Source of the DNA: Candidatus Kuenenbacteria bacterium
Lineage (GTDB): Bacteria; Patescibacteriota; Patescibacteriia; UBA2196; GWA2-42-15
Direction of reading: 5' to 3'
NCBI GenBank assembly: GCA_012797775.1
Contig: JAAZOM010000023.1
Span: forward strand, 1-60,339
DNA length: 60,339 nt
Shown piece by piece: positions 18,272-25,659 of this stretch. How positions within the stretch are numbered: the first letter of the stretch is position 1; every line of letters starts with the position of its first letter. The position numbers and the translations under genes are program-made. Below the pieces are notes generated by a model. The model had not been told where the DNA came from. It did no database searches and saw nothing but the letters and a program-made list of their open reading frames with translations.

Positions 18272-18859
18272 TTATTTCCAATAGGTGATAGCGGAAATAT
18301 TTACCGACAAAATATGTTCTTCTACGATCACTTCTTCTGCTTTCCCGTCTTTTGCTGTTTGTTGGCCAGCTTTTTTCGTGTAGTTTACTGTTCCAGAAGA
18401 ATTTATTCTTATTCTATTTATATTTATATAATAATTGATTTTTTCCAAGCTATTTATATAATTCATTGTGTTATGGAGACCGCCATTCAGCCTTATCTCC
18501 ACTGGTACTATTTTTGCTCCCCCAGGGGCTTCACCGCTATCATTATTAAAAAGAATTTCCTGCTCTATCCCATTTTCGGTAGCTATTCTTTCTAGGTCAG
18601 TAATAAATTTTAATTCTTCGCCCTTTTTTAAAAAGGGTTCACCGAGCGCTTCTAAGTTTTTTTCTACATAATTTAGATTTTTTTGGTTTGTGGTGATGTT
18701 TTGCCCGAGAGCCAGGAGATCTTTTAGATTGTTTTTTTCGGCACTAATCAGAAGCTTGTCTTTTTTTATTTGGTTAGCCGCTGGAGCAATAACAAAAAAT
18801 ATCAGCATCAAGCCGATGAAGATCAAAGTACCGATTATAAGATAATATTTTTTATGCAT
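18272..18859 (-). CDS. PilO-like pilus assembly protein
   Basis: N-terminal TM, then coiled coil, then an alpha/beta domain. It sits after pilM-pilN. Confidence 0.5.
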   Translation of the reverse strand: MHKKYYLIIGTLIFIGLMLIFFVIAPAANQIKKDKLLISAEKNNLKDLLALGQNITTNQKNLNYVEKNLEALGEPFLKKGEELKFITDLERIATENGIEQEILFNNDSGEAPGGAKIVPVEIRLNGGLHNTMNYINSLEKINYYININRIRINSSGTVNYTKKAGQQTAKDGKAEEVIVEEHILSVNISAITYWK

Positions 18860-18868
18860 AAATCCGAT

Positions 18869-19372
18869 TTATTTCATCGTTGCCTCTATCGAGAAATCTA
18901 TATTGTTGCGCCGCAACAAGTTTGACACCGGTGACTTGATGTCCGCCACCAATGCAGAATTTCTCAAATTATCCTCAAGTTTTAAATAATCCGCCCTACT
19001 CTCTGCCAGGCCATATAGCATTATTTTTTTATTTTCTTTACTTAGTTCCAGAGAGTTTATTTTTATATTTTCTGGCACTAGTGCTATCACATCTTTCAAT
19101 AAGACAGACCACTTCAAATAATCTTTTTGTAATTCTATTATTTGCCCCATTTTTTTATTTATCTCATCTACCGCATTCTCATCGGTTGTCGGAGCGTATT
19201 TGGCCATATTTTCTATTCGATAATTCAGATATTTTTGGCCAAAGAAAAAAACTATAGCTATCAACACTACCACCACAAATATTGCCAGGACGCTGTTGGC
19301 CACCTCGGCAGCCAGCATGTCTTTTTTTATTTGTTCTTTTTCTTTTTCGCTAAGCAGGTTTAGTCTAATCAT
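18869..19372 (-). CDS. pilN: PilN-like pilus assembly protein
   Basis: MIRLNLLSEKE N-terminus followed by a single TM, as in PilN. It overlaps the end of pilM by 8 nt. Confidence 0.6.
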   Translation of the reverse strand: MIRLNLLSEKEKEQIKKDMLAAEVANSVLAIFVVVVLIAIVFFFGQKYLNYRIENMAKYAPTTDENAVDEINKKMGQIIELQKDYLKWSVLLKDVIALVPENIKINSLELSKENKKIMLYGLAESRADYLKLEDNLRNSALVADIKSPVSNLLRRNNIDFSIEATMK

Positions 19373-20480
19373 TTTTTTCTAAGTAGTTTCTAAGGGCCAG
19401 CCCAATAGCCGTTGTATATGATAATAACCCTTCCCTTTTTTCTGGTTTTGTTTCTATATTTTTCAATGGGTCACCATATTCCACTTTCCGACCAAGCCTA
19501 TCTTCAAGTATTCCGTCAAGATTAAACATATTGGCTCCGCCTCCGCACAAAACAATCTCCAGACTGCTGGTATCTTTACCAAAATGGGTTTGATAAAAAT
19601 TATCAGCATTTATTATTTCATTTATCAATTCATCGATGTTGTTGTTTATAATCTTTAATACCGCCCCCTTGCACCTCTTGGGGTTTGTGCCACAAATTAT
19701 CTTTGCCTTTTCAGCCTCGTCTTCGCTCAGCGACAACTCTCTTGATATTTTGTCAGTAATATTTTTGCCCGATATTTTGTTGAGGTTGTTGGTAAACTGG
19801 ATAAAGCCCTCATCAACCAAAATCAGGCTGGTTCTTGTCGCACCGAAATCAACAATTATTTTTGGGGGATAATCACGATTTTTGTTTTTGGGGCTATCTT
19901 TTTTGTTTATTAGCTTTGATAGCCAATTGATATCTTTTGTCTTGTTTTCCTCGGCCAAAACACTCCTAGCTATTGCTTGGGCCTCTATTTCCAAAGCAGC
20001 AACACCCACTCCGGCCATTTTGCAAACATTAGTGTATTCTTCGGCTACCGATTGTGGCACCACACCTACTAAAAATTTTTTATTTTTTTGGTCTTCATTA
20101 TTACCTTGCCAGTCCATTTGCACATCTTCAGACGATATGGGCATATGCCTCGGCAGCTCCTCCCTGATAGTTTCTTTCACGGGCTGATTTTTTTCAGGGA
20201 TCTCTATGACTTTTATAAAAGTTTTGGTCTCGGGCAACGACAAAACAGCATACTTGCTGGTAAATTTTTTTTCTGATTTTTCCAGAATTTTTTTTATTAT
20301 TTCTGCCACTCCCTCTTCATTTTTTATCTCCCCATCTTCTATATAGCCCAAAGGCACAGCGGCTGAGCCCATCGCCCTTATATATTTTTTCCCAGCCCTT
20401 ATCCCTATTTCTATTGCTTTTATAGACAAATCAGAGATGTCTAGGCCAAATATTTTTTTTGGTGAACCAATAAGGCGCAT
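19365..20480 (-). CDS. pilM: Type IV pilus assembly ATPase-fold protein PilM
   Basis: Actin-like fold with GLDISDLSIKAIEI near the N-terminus and DFGATRTS/GGGA phosphate motifs. Confidence 0.8.
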   Translation of the reverse strand: MRLIGSPKKIFGLDISDLSIKAIEIGIRAGKKYIRAMGSAAVPLGYIEDGEIKNEEGVAEIIKKILEKSEKKFTSKYAVLSLPETKTFIKVIEIPEKNQPVKETIREELPRHMPISSEDVQMDWQGNNEDQKNKKFLVGVVPQSVAEEYTNVCKMAGVGVAALEIEAQAIARSVLAEENKTKDINWLSKLINKKDSPKNKNRDYPPKIIVDFGATRTSLILVDEGFIQFTNNLNKISGKNITDKISRELSLSEDEAEKAKIICGTNPKRCKGAVLKIINNNIDELINEIINADNFYQTHFGKDTSSLEIVLCGGGANMFNLDGILEDRLGRKVEYGDPLKNIETKPEKREGLLSYTTAIGLALRNYLEKND

Positions 20481-20483
20481 ATT

Positions 20484-21986
20484 TTATTTTTCTGTCACCT
20501 CTTCCCACTTCAAAAATCTATATTCTCCGGTTGTGGGAAAGCTGGGCGGCGGATTATAATTTAAATTTGGGTCATAAATAGTTTCAGTATTGCGGTAGCC
20601 GGAGACGGTATTGCCACCAGCGTCAACCCATGACCAAGTCCAGATATTGTTTGTTATAATTGAGCCGTAGATTGTTATATTATTTCTCGATATATAATTT
20701 CTGGCGTTGGCTGGTACGGGGCGGGCACAGCCATTGCCATAACAGTAGTGCTTTCTGTATATCCGTCCCTTTTGGGCGAGCATAGCCGCATCTATTTCCA
20801 AAACATCGGGAGCAGCATAAAGAGGAATTATAATATCTGACTGGGAAACCAGTCCAAGGGTATTAGTATTGTCCCTAGAGACGTAAGTCAAATTTCCATT
20901 AATTCTTATTTTTGTTGTTTTGCCAGACTCTGGGAATTTGGCCGAGGCCAAAGTTGTTCTACCCTTTATCACCCCATTCACCCAAACATCGTCTTCTACA
21001 AAAATTATACCACAATTATTTGGTATCGCGTAGTTTCCCTCAAACTCTTCTCTCTCAAAATCATCAGTATCACGTATCCAGCCATTTCCATCATAACCCC
21101 AAACAGGATTTTCTACTTTTGTCACCCTATAAACATCAAAAGTGCCATTATCTTTGAATACAAAATGATAGCCCAAACCTCTTTGGGGCCAATAGCAGTC
21201 TGCCTTTGGCGCGCAACTCACTGTTTGTGATAGGGTCATTAGATTCCTAAGATCGATGGTCATGGCATTAAAATCTACATTATCACCAGGATATTGCCAT
21301 AAATTTTTATCACCACCCTCTCCCCAGACTCCACTGCACGTACAGCCATCCGGATTTACCCAACTGCAGTCTGGCGCAAGGGTATTACAGTTTGATTGAG
21401 TACAACCATGTTCACTACCGCAGATATAGGTTTCCTTTCGCGAAGAAGTTGTGTTATCATTTTGTCCGTCCATCCTTATCCCGCCGTTAGAGTGTACTGG
21501 CCCATGCAATGTTTCATTTTCTCCAAACCAGGCATTGGAGTTGGTCAGAAAAGCATAGGTTGACAAGGACTGCTTGCCATATTTCACTCTTATTTTTCTC
21601 TTCACATCTGGATCATTGTCCATATAGCCCGTCGACTCTATTGTTACAGCGTTGGAACAATCAACTTCCGGTGCCGTTATATTCAATTCATATTTTCCCA
21701 CAACATTGCCAAGATTATCTTTATAATCATGTATATATGGGCCCTCTTCTCCTGTCCCGTCCTGATAATCGCTCGGCGCGTGTATCAAATGCCATCTATA
21801 ATAATTTACCCCAGCCTCCGCCGCCGCCAAGGCTTTTTGCCAATTTATTTTTTTTAACCCAAGTTTGTGTTGCGAAGAAATAATGCCCGCAATACCGATC
21901 GCCACTACTGTGAAAAGGGTAGTAAAAACCAAGGCCATTATCAACATGCCGCCCCTCTGGTTTTTTATGAGATTATTTTTTTGCAT
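20484..21986 (-). CDS. Large PilX-N-like or pseudopilin-like protein (putative pilus-associated surface protein)
   Basis: QRGGMLIMALVFTTLFTVVAIGIAGI N-terminal segment, followed by a Cys/Asn/Gly-rich extracellular part. ATG 21986 is preferred over TTG 22010. Confidence 0.55.
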   Translation of the reverse strand: MQKNNLIKNQRGGMLIMALVFTTLFTVVAIGIAGIISSQHKLGLKKINWQKALAAAEAGVNYYRWHLIHAPSDYQDGTGEEGPYIHDYKDNLGNVVGKYELNITAPEVDCSNAVTIESTGYMDNDPDVKRKIRVKYGKQSLSTYAFLTNSNAWFGENETLHGPVHSNGGIRMDGQNDNTTSSRKETYICGSEHGCTQSNCNTLAPDCSWVNPDGCTCSGVWGEGGDKNLWQYPGDNVDFNAMTIDLRNLMTLSQTVSCAPKADCYWPQRGLGYHFVFKDNGTFDVYRVTKVENPVWGYDGNGWIRDTDDFEREEFEGNYAIPNNCGIIFVEDDVWVNGVIKGRTTLASAKFPESGKTTKIRINGNLTYVSRDNTNTLGLVSQSDIIIPLYAAPDVLEIDAAMLAQKGRIYRKHYCYGNGCARPVPANARNYISRNNITIYGSIITNNIWTWSWVDAGGNTVSGYRNTETIYDPNLNYNPPPSFPTTGEYRFLKWEEVTEK

Positions 21987-22127
21987 GGGGAGATGATTAG
22001 CAATAAACAATTAACAATTCGCAGTGGCCACATTATTTTTATTAATTGTCCGCTGTTTGTTATTATTATATCATATTTTTCTTTGTGTTATAATATTTAT
22101 ATAAATTAATATTATAAAAATATTATT

Positions 22128-22661
22128 ATGGCCGCACAAAAAATTATTTTAGTTGTTGCGCCGAGCGGCTTTCAAGATGACGAGTATCGCCTCACCAGAG
22201 AAGAGTTGGAGCATGCGCATCACGATATTGTTGTCGCCAGTGTCAAGATTGATCAGGCCATAGGCAAGTTTGGCAGTAATATCAGTGTTGATTTGGCCCT
22301 TTCCGATCTCAACCTAGATGACTGCACAGCGCTGGTATTTATTGGCGGACCAGGCGCCGAGATTTATAAAACCGATCCCGTTGCTCTAGATTTAGTGAGC
22401 CGAGCAATGGCGAAAAATAAAATTTTAGGAGCTATTTGTATTGCCCCACTTATTTTTGCCCACGCCGGTATTCTTGATGGCAAAAAAGCCACTGTCTGGA
22501 CTGATGAAGGCGTCAATTCAACAGCTAGAGAATTAGAGCAATTTGGCGCGATATATACTGGCGAAGCCGTGGCTATTGATGGACAAATTATTACTGCCGA
22601 CGGCCCTTCGTCTGCCTCAGCTTTTGGCCGGGCCATTGTCAAAGCCCTGGCCGTCATATAA
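22128..22661 (+). CDS. DJ-1/PfpI family protein
   Basis: Class I glutamine-amidotransferase-like fold with the nucleophile elbow GAICIAP. Confidence 0.8.
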   Translation: MAAQKIILVVAPSGFQDDEYRLTREELEHAHHDIVVASVKIDQAIGKFGSNISVDLALSDLNLDDCTALVFIGGPGAEIYKTDPVALDLVSRAMAKNKILGAICIAPLIFAHAGILDGKKATVWTDEGVNSTARELEQFGAIYTGEAVAIDGQIITADGPSSASAFGRAIVKALAVI

Positions 22662-22744
22662 TTGATATAAAAAATAAAACCGCCAGATAGACATTTTGAC
22701 CCAGTTTTTCTAGCGGTTTTTGGTTCCCAAAACAGTCTTGGGGT

Positions 22745-22930
22745 TTAAAGAATCCACTCATCTGCTTGCGCGAGATGTGGATATTTTTTTTTCAGCTCTT
22801 CGGCGCCGTTTTCTCCGCCCTCATTTTTGGGCAATATTTTTTTGGGCGCAGTAATAGCGGCAATACAAAGCATGAGCGCGAGGTTACTTGCAGTCGTGGC
22901 TACTTTTGCGATTTCATTTGCAGTACTCAT
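22745..22930 (-). CDS. Hypothetical 61-aa protein downstream of the tRNA-like gene
   Basis: GAGAGAGG lies 6 nt upstream of the ATG. One hydrophobic stretch. No motif recognised. Confidence 0.4.
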   Translation of the reverse strand: MSTANEIAKVATTASNLALMLCIAAITAPKKILPKNEGGENGAEELKKKYPHLAQADEWIL

Positions 22931-22969
22931 AATAAGCCTCTCTCGTTTTTATTTGGGGTTTTATTTTAG

Positions 22970-23041
22970 TAGAGCCGACAGGATTTGAACCTGCGTGATC
23001 CTGAATGTTTGTCAGGTGCCTAGCCGCTCAGCCACAGCTCT
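22970..23041 (-). tRNA. tRNA-like gene with a good cloverleaf but a non-canonical anticodon loop CAAACAU (A at position 33). Isotype unassigned.
   Basis: Acceptor AGAGCTG/CGGCTCT, D-arm GCTG-AGCGGCT-AGGC, anticodon stem CCTGA/TCAGG, T-arm GCAGG-TTCAAAT-CCTGT. No encoded CCA. Confidence 0.6.
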
Positions 23042-23211
23042 GGTAGTTGTTGGTGGATAGGGGTAAAACTAAAAAAGAAAGAACCCAGACTGAGCATAGA
23101 ACCTAGTCCAAAAGGAAATCATTTTGTAGTTTTTAGTATGGCATTGCTTCTGGCGGGGTTTTTATACCCTGGTCATTTTTTAGGGTGGACTCCTGATTTT
23201 TGAGGATAGCT

Positions 23212-23481
23212 CTAGACAAAAAGGCAATATTCACCATTTTCTTCGCCATCTTGTTTCCCTGGTCTTATAACTGGCAACAATAAAAATGACATTTGAGCCG
23301 GTCTTGCCTCTTGGGCTAGAATGGCGACATATTTTTCCACATTGGCAAGCTCTCTCCTGAGCTCCTTAGCCGCTTGTGGTTGTTGCCCACGACGATGATT
23401 TCCTAGCACTCGAAGATAACTAAGGCGCAGCTCGTTGAGTCTTAATTTTAAAGCACTAAGAGCGGTTAGGTCAGACCACAT
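23212..23481 (-). CDS. Hypothetical 89-aa helical protein (GC-richer)
   Basis: AAAGGAGG lies 4 nt upstream of the ATG. The sequence is Arg/Leu/Glu-rich and coiled-coil-like. Confidence 0.5.
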   Translation of the reverse strand: MWSDLTALSALKLRLNELRLSYLRVLGNHRRGQQPQAAKELRRELANVEKYVAILAQEARPAQMSFLLLPVIRPGKQDGEENGEYCLFV

Positions 23482-23603
23482 AAGGCCTCCTTTGTTTTTT
23501 TGTTAATTTTTGTTTTTGGGCCAATACCTTAATATAAAGCTTTTTCTCGGCCCAGTTATGGATTTTTGTTTTTAATTTTTATAGCTGTTCGTGGTTGACG
23601 AAA

Positions 23604-23632
23604 CAAAAAATCGGACCTTTTTATTGCCCGAT
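23604..23632 (-). terminator. Terminator of the 30-aa peptide gene
   Basis: On the minus strand, ATCGGGC-AATAAAAAG-GTCCGAT followed by TTTTTT. Confidence 0.55.
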
Positions 23633-23667
23633 TTTAGGTTATAATTAAAGCTTCTCTAACCCAAAAA

Positions 23668-23760
23668 TCAGGCCAGTCCGATCAACAAAATAATAGCAAT
23701 AATCAAACCAAAGATATTGGTGCTCATGAGGATGTTGATTTGTTTTGCTATCTTATTCAT
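23668..23760 (-). CDS. 30-aa hydrophobic peptide (MNKIAKQINILMSTNIFGLIIAIILLIGLA)
   Basis: Hand-translated. It sits between its own near-consensus promoter and terminator, with a 5' UTR of only about 7 nt. Confidence 0.35.
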   Translation of the reverse strand: MNKIAKQINILMSTNIFGLIIAIILLIGLA

Positions 23761-23773
23761 AGATTGTAGTTTT

Positions 23774-23801
23774 ATTATACTAAATTTTTATAATTGGTCA
23801 A
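23774..23801 (-). promoter_or_regulatory. Sigma70-type promoter TTGACC-16-TATAAT
   Basis: Read on the minus strand, the -10 box ends 13 nt upstream of the peptide ATG. Confidence 0.55.
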
Positions 23802-23891
23802 GCAAATATTTTTTTAGCTAAAATAAGCAATGTTTTTAAATTTTGAATTAAAAATTAAAATTATTATATTTTTATCCACAGTTAGCCAAAG

Positions 23892-23920
23892 TTGACTTTC
23901 GCGAAAAGTTATTCTACAAT
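23892..23920 (+). promoter_or_regulatory. Sigma70-type promoter TTGACT-17-TACAAT
   Basis: TTGACT 23892-23897, a 17-nt spacer, TACAAT 23915-23920. It is divergent from the 23774-23801 promoter. Confidence 0.55.
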
Positions 23921-23931
23921 AACAAGCACAT

Positions 23932-24070
23932 ATGAATACAAAATTATCCAACCATATCAGCTGGAATTTGGCCATCATTAAGAAGGTCTATTTTGACATG
24001 GCTTATTTCCGGGGATAATTACGTTCGAATTAATACAAAAATCACAATCCCCGGTCACAAAGCCGGGGAT
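23932..24070 (+). promoter_or_regulatory. Candidate leader with a 28-codon ORF and mutually exclusive hairpins (attenuator-like)
   Basis: Region A is TCCGGGGAT (24008-24016, overlapping the ORF stop). Region B is ATCCCCGG (24047-24054). Region C is CCGGGGAT (24063-24070). B can pair with either A or C. Confidence 0.35.
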
Positions 24071-24115
24071 TTAAAATTTAAAAATCAAAAAATAAACTGG
24101 AGGGAGGTGAAGCTT

Positions 24116-24169
24116 ATGCCATATCATTTTTATCGCGGCTATGATGATTGCGATCCGCCAACCGAATGA
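24116..24169 (+). CDS. 17-codon micro-ORF (MPYHFYRGYDDCDPPTE)
   Basis: GGAGGGAGG lies 8 nt upstream of the ATG. Coding status is uncertain. Confidence 0.25.
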   Translation: MPYHFYRGYDDCDPPTE

Positions 24170-24207
24170 GCTTTTATCAAATTGGATTATTTAAACCGGA
24201 GGTATGG

Positions 24208-24384
24208 ATGTGCAAGATTTCGTATCGTAGGACCAAGCGCAGTAGAAGCGAGCATCGTGGCAACCCAAGAGGCAAAAAACGCCAGCGCAAGCGAGCCAAA
24301 AATGATTATTCACTCGCTCGACGGGAAGAAGCCTCACGGTTAGCGGTTCAAAAACAAAAAAGGAAAAAAAATGGGCACAAATGA
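24208..24384 (+). CDS. Highly basic 58-aa protein (Arg/Lys-rich)
   Basis: ATG 24208 within ORF 24148..24384, with GGAGG 5 nt upstream. The sequence begins MCKISYRRTKRSRSEHRGNPRGKKRQRKRAK... Confidence 0.4.
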   Translation: MCKISYRRTKRSRSEHRGNPRGKKRQRKRAKNDYSLARREEASRLAVQKQKRKKNGHK

Positions 24385-24577
24385 TTTATCCGAACTTGGC
24401 AATACTTCTAGACTAGGCGCACTCGGGCAGGAAAAGATTGTCGAAGAAAAAAGAGCTGACACAGTATCAACCTCTGCAGATCATGTTGGGTCAGAGCTGG
24501 GCGACCCAACCAGCTTGCCATTTGCTATCAATCCGCTTCGTCGTGACCATCGAGGCCACCGGAGGGGGCTTTTCTAA
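24371..24577 (+). CDS. Hypothetical 68-aa protein
   Basis: It overlaps the previous ORF by 14 nt and is followed by a terminator. No motif recognised. Confidence 0.4.
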   Translation: MGTNDLSELGNTSRLGALGQEKIVEEKRADTVSTSADHVGSELGDPTSLPFAINPLRRDHRGHRRGLF

Positions 24578-24598
24578 AAAGGGGAGATCAATTTTCGA

Positions 24599-24630
24599 GG
24601 AGCCGGTTTTTATAACCAGCTCCTTTTTTA
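24599..24630 (+). terminator. Rho-independent terminator
   Basis: GGAGCCGG-TTTTTATAA-CCAGCTCC (one mismatch) followed by TTTTTT. Confidence 0.6.
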
Positions 24631-24661
24631 TTTTATTTATAAAATGTTATAATCAATTTAT

Positions 24662-25654
24662 ATGAAAGTCCCTCCACTCATAAAAAAAATTGAATCAGCT
24701 GGATTACTTGGTCGCGGTTGTGGTACTTTTCCTTCCTATCAAAAATGGCTGGCGGTTTTGAATGCGCCAGGCAGAGAAAAATATATTGTGGCCAACTGTT
24801 CTGAATCTGAGCCTGGCATTTTTAAAGATGAATTTATTTTAGACCGCTATCCAGAGCGCCTGATTGATGGCATTCTTCTCGCCATGAAAGCTCTTGGAGC
24901 CAAAAAGGGTTTTATTTATCTCAATCCCAAATATTATCAAAAGTTCCGCAAAAAATTGATGCTATTCATCGGCGCCAATAATATCGAACTTTTCGCCAAG
25001 CCAGCCGCTGATTATATTGGCGGCGAAGAAACCGCCGCCCTAAACTTGATGGAGGGTGCTCGTGAAGAAGCGCGTCTGCGTCCTCCCTATGTCACCGCCG
25101 CTGGTCTTTTCGGTCGGCCCACACTAGTGAATAATTGTGAAACTTTTTATGACGTTTCTTTGATAAATGAAGGTTTGTACCAACATGAAAGATTTTTTTG
25201 TATCAGCGGCGATGAATTTCCGAGAAACGTTTATTCTTTCCCCGAAAAATTCACTGTCAAAGAAGCACTTTTAAAAAGTGGCCATTATCCCAGATTTCCG
25301 TTTTTTGTTCAGCTCGGAGGTGCTATGGCTGGAGCTTGTCTACGTGATAACCAACTTGATATCCCCATTCAGCATTATTCTGGCCTGATCATCCACCGCC
25401 TGGATACCGATGAGAAAAAATTGTTTGACTACTGGCTGTCATTTTTCATGCGCGAATCCTGCGGCAAGTGCGTGCCTTGCCGGGAAGGGACTTATCGGCT
25501 TTATGAGTTATTCCAAAAAGATGAAGTCGGCAGCCAATTATTTTGGGACATTATCAATTCCATGCAAAAAACCACCATTTGCTCCCTTGGTAAATTTGCG
25601 CCCACGGCAATTGCTAGTTATCTAAACAACATCAAAAGATTAAAAAGTAATTAA
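24662..25654 (+). CDS. NuoF/HydB-like flavoprotein subunit (short, divergent)
   Basis: YIVANCSESEPGIFKD, YIGGEETAAL and the C-terminal 4Fe-4S motif ESCGKCVPCREG. The FMN loop reads GRGCGTFP. Confidence 0.75.
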   Translation: MKVPPLIKKIESAGLLGRGCGTFPSYQKWLAVLNAPGREKYIVANCSESEPGIFKDEFILDRYPERLIDGILLAMKALGAKKGFIYLNPKYYQKFRKKLMLFIGANNIELFAKPAADYIGGEETAALNLMEGAREEARLRPPYVTAAGLFGRPTLVNNCETFYDVSLINEGLYQHERFFCISGDEFPRNVYSFPEKFTVKEALLKSGHYPRFPFFVQLGGAMAGACLRDNQLDIPIQHYSGLIIHRLDTDEKKLFDYWLSFFMRESCGKCVPCREGTYRLYELFQKDEVGSQLFWDIINSMQKTTICSLGKFAPTAIASYLNNIKRLKSN

Positions 25655-25659
25655 TCTCC

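Noticed and set aside
22745-24630. tRNA-adjacent region considered as an integrated prophage or genomic island
   Set aside because: No integrase, recombinase or phage-like gene is present. I saw no direct repeat of the tRNA 3' end that would mark att sites. The region is reported only as an odd small-gene region.
24438-24665. 75-aa ORF overlapping the end of the small-ORF string and the terminator
   Set aside because: It runs through the terminator hairpin and into the nuoF-like start region. It has no RBS and overlaps the better-supported 24371..24577 frame.
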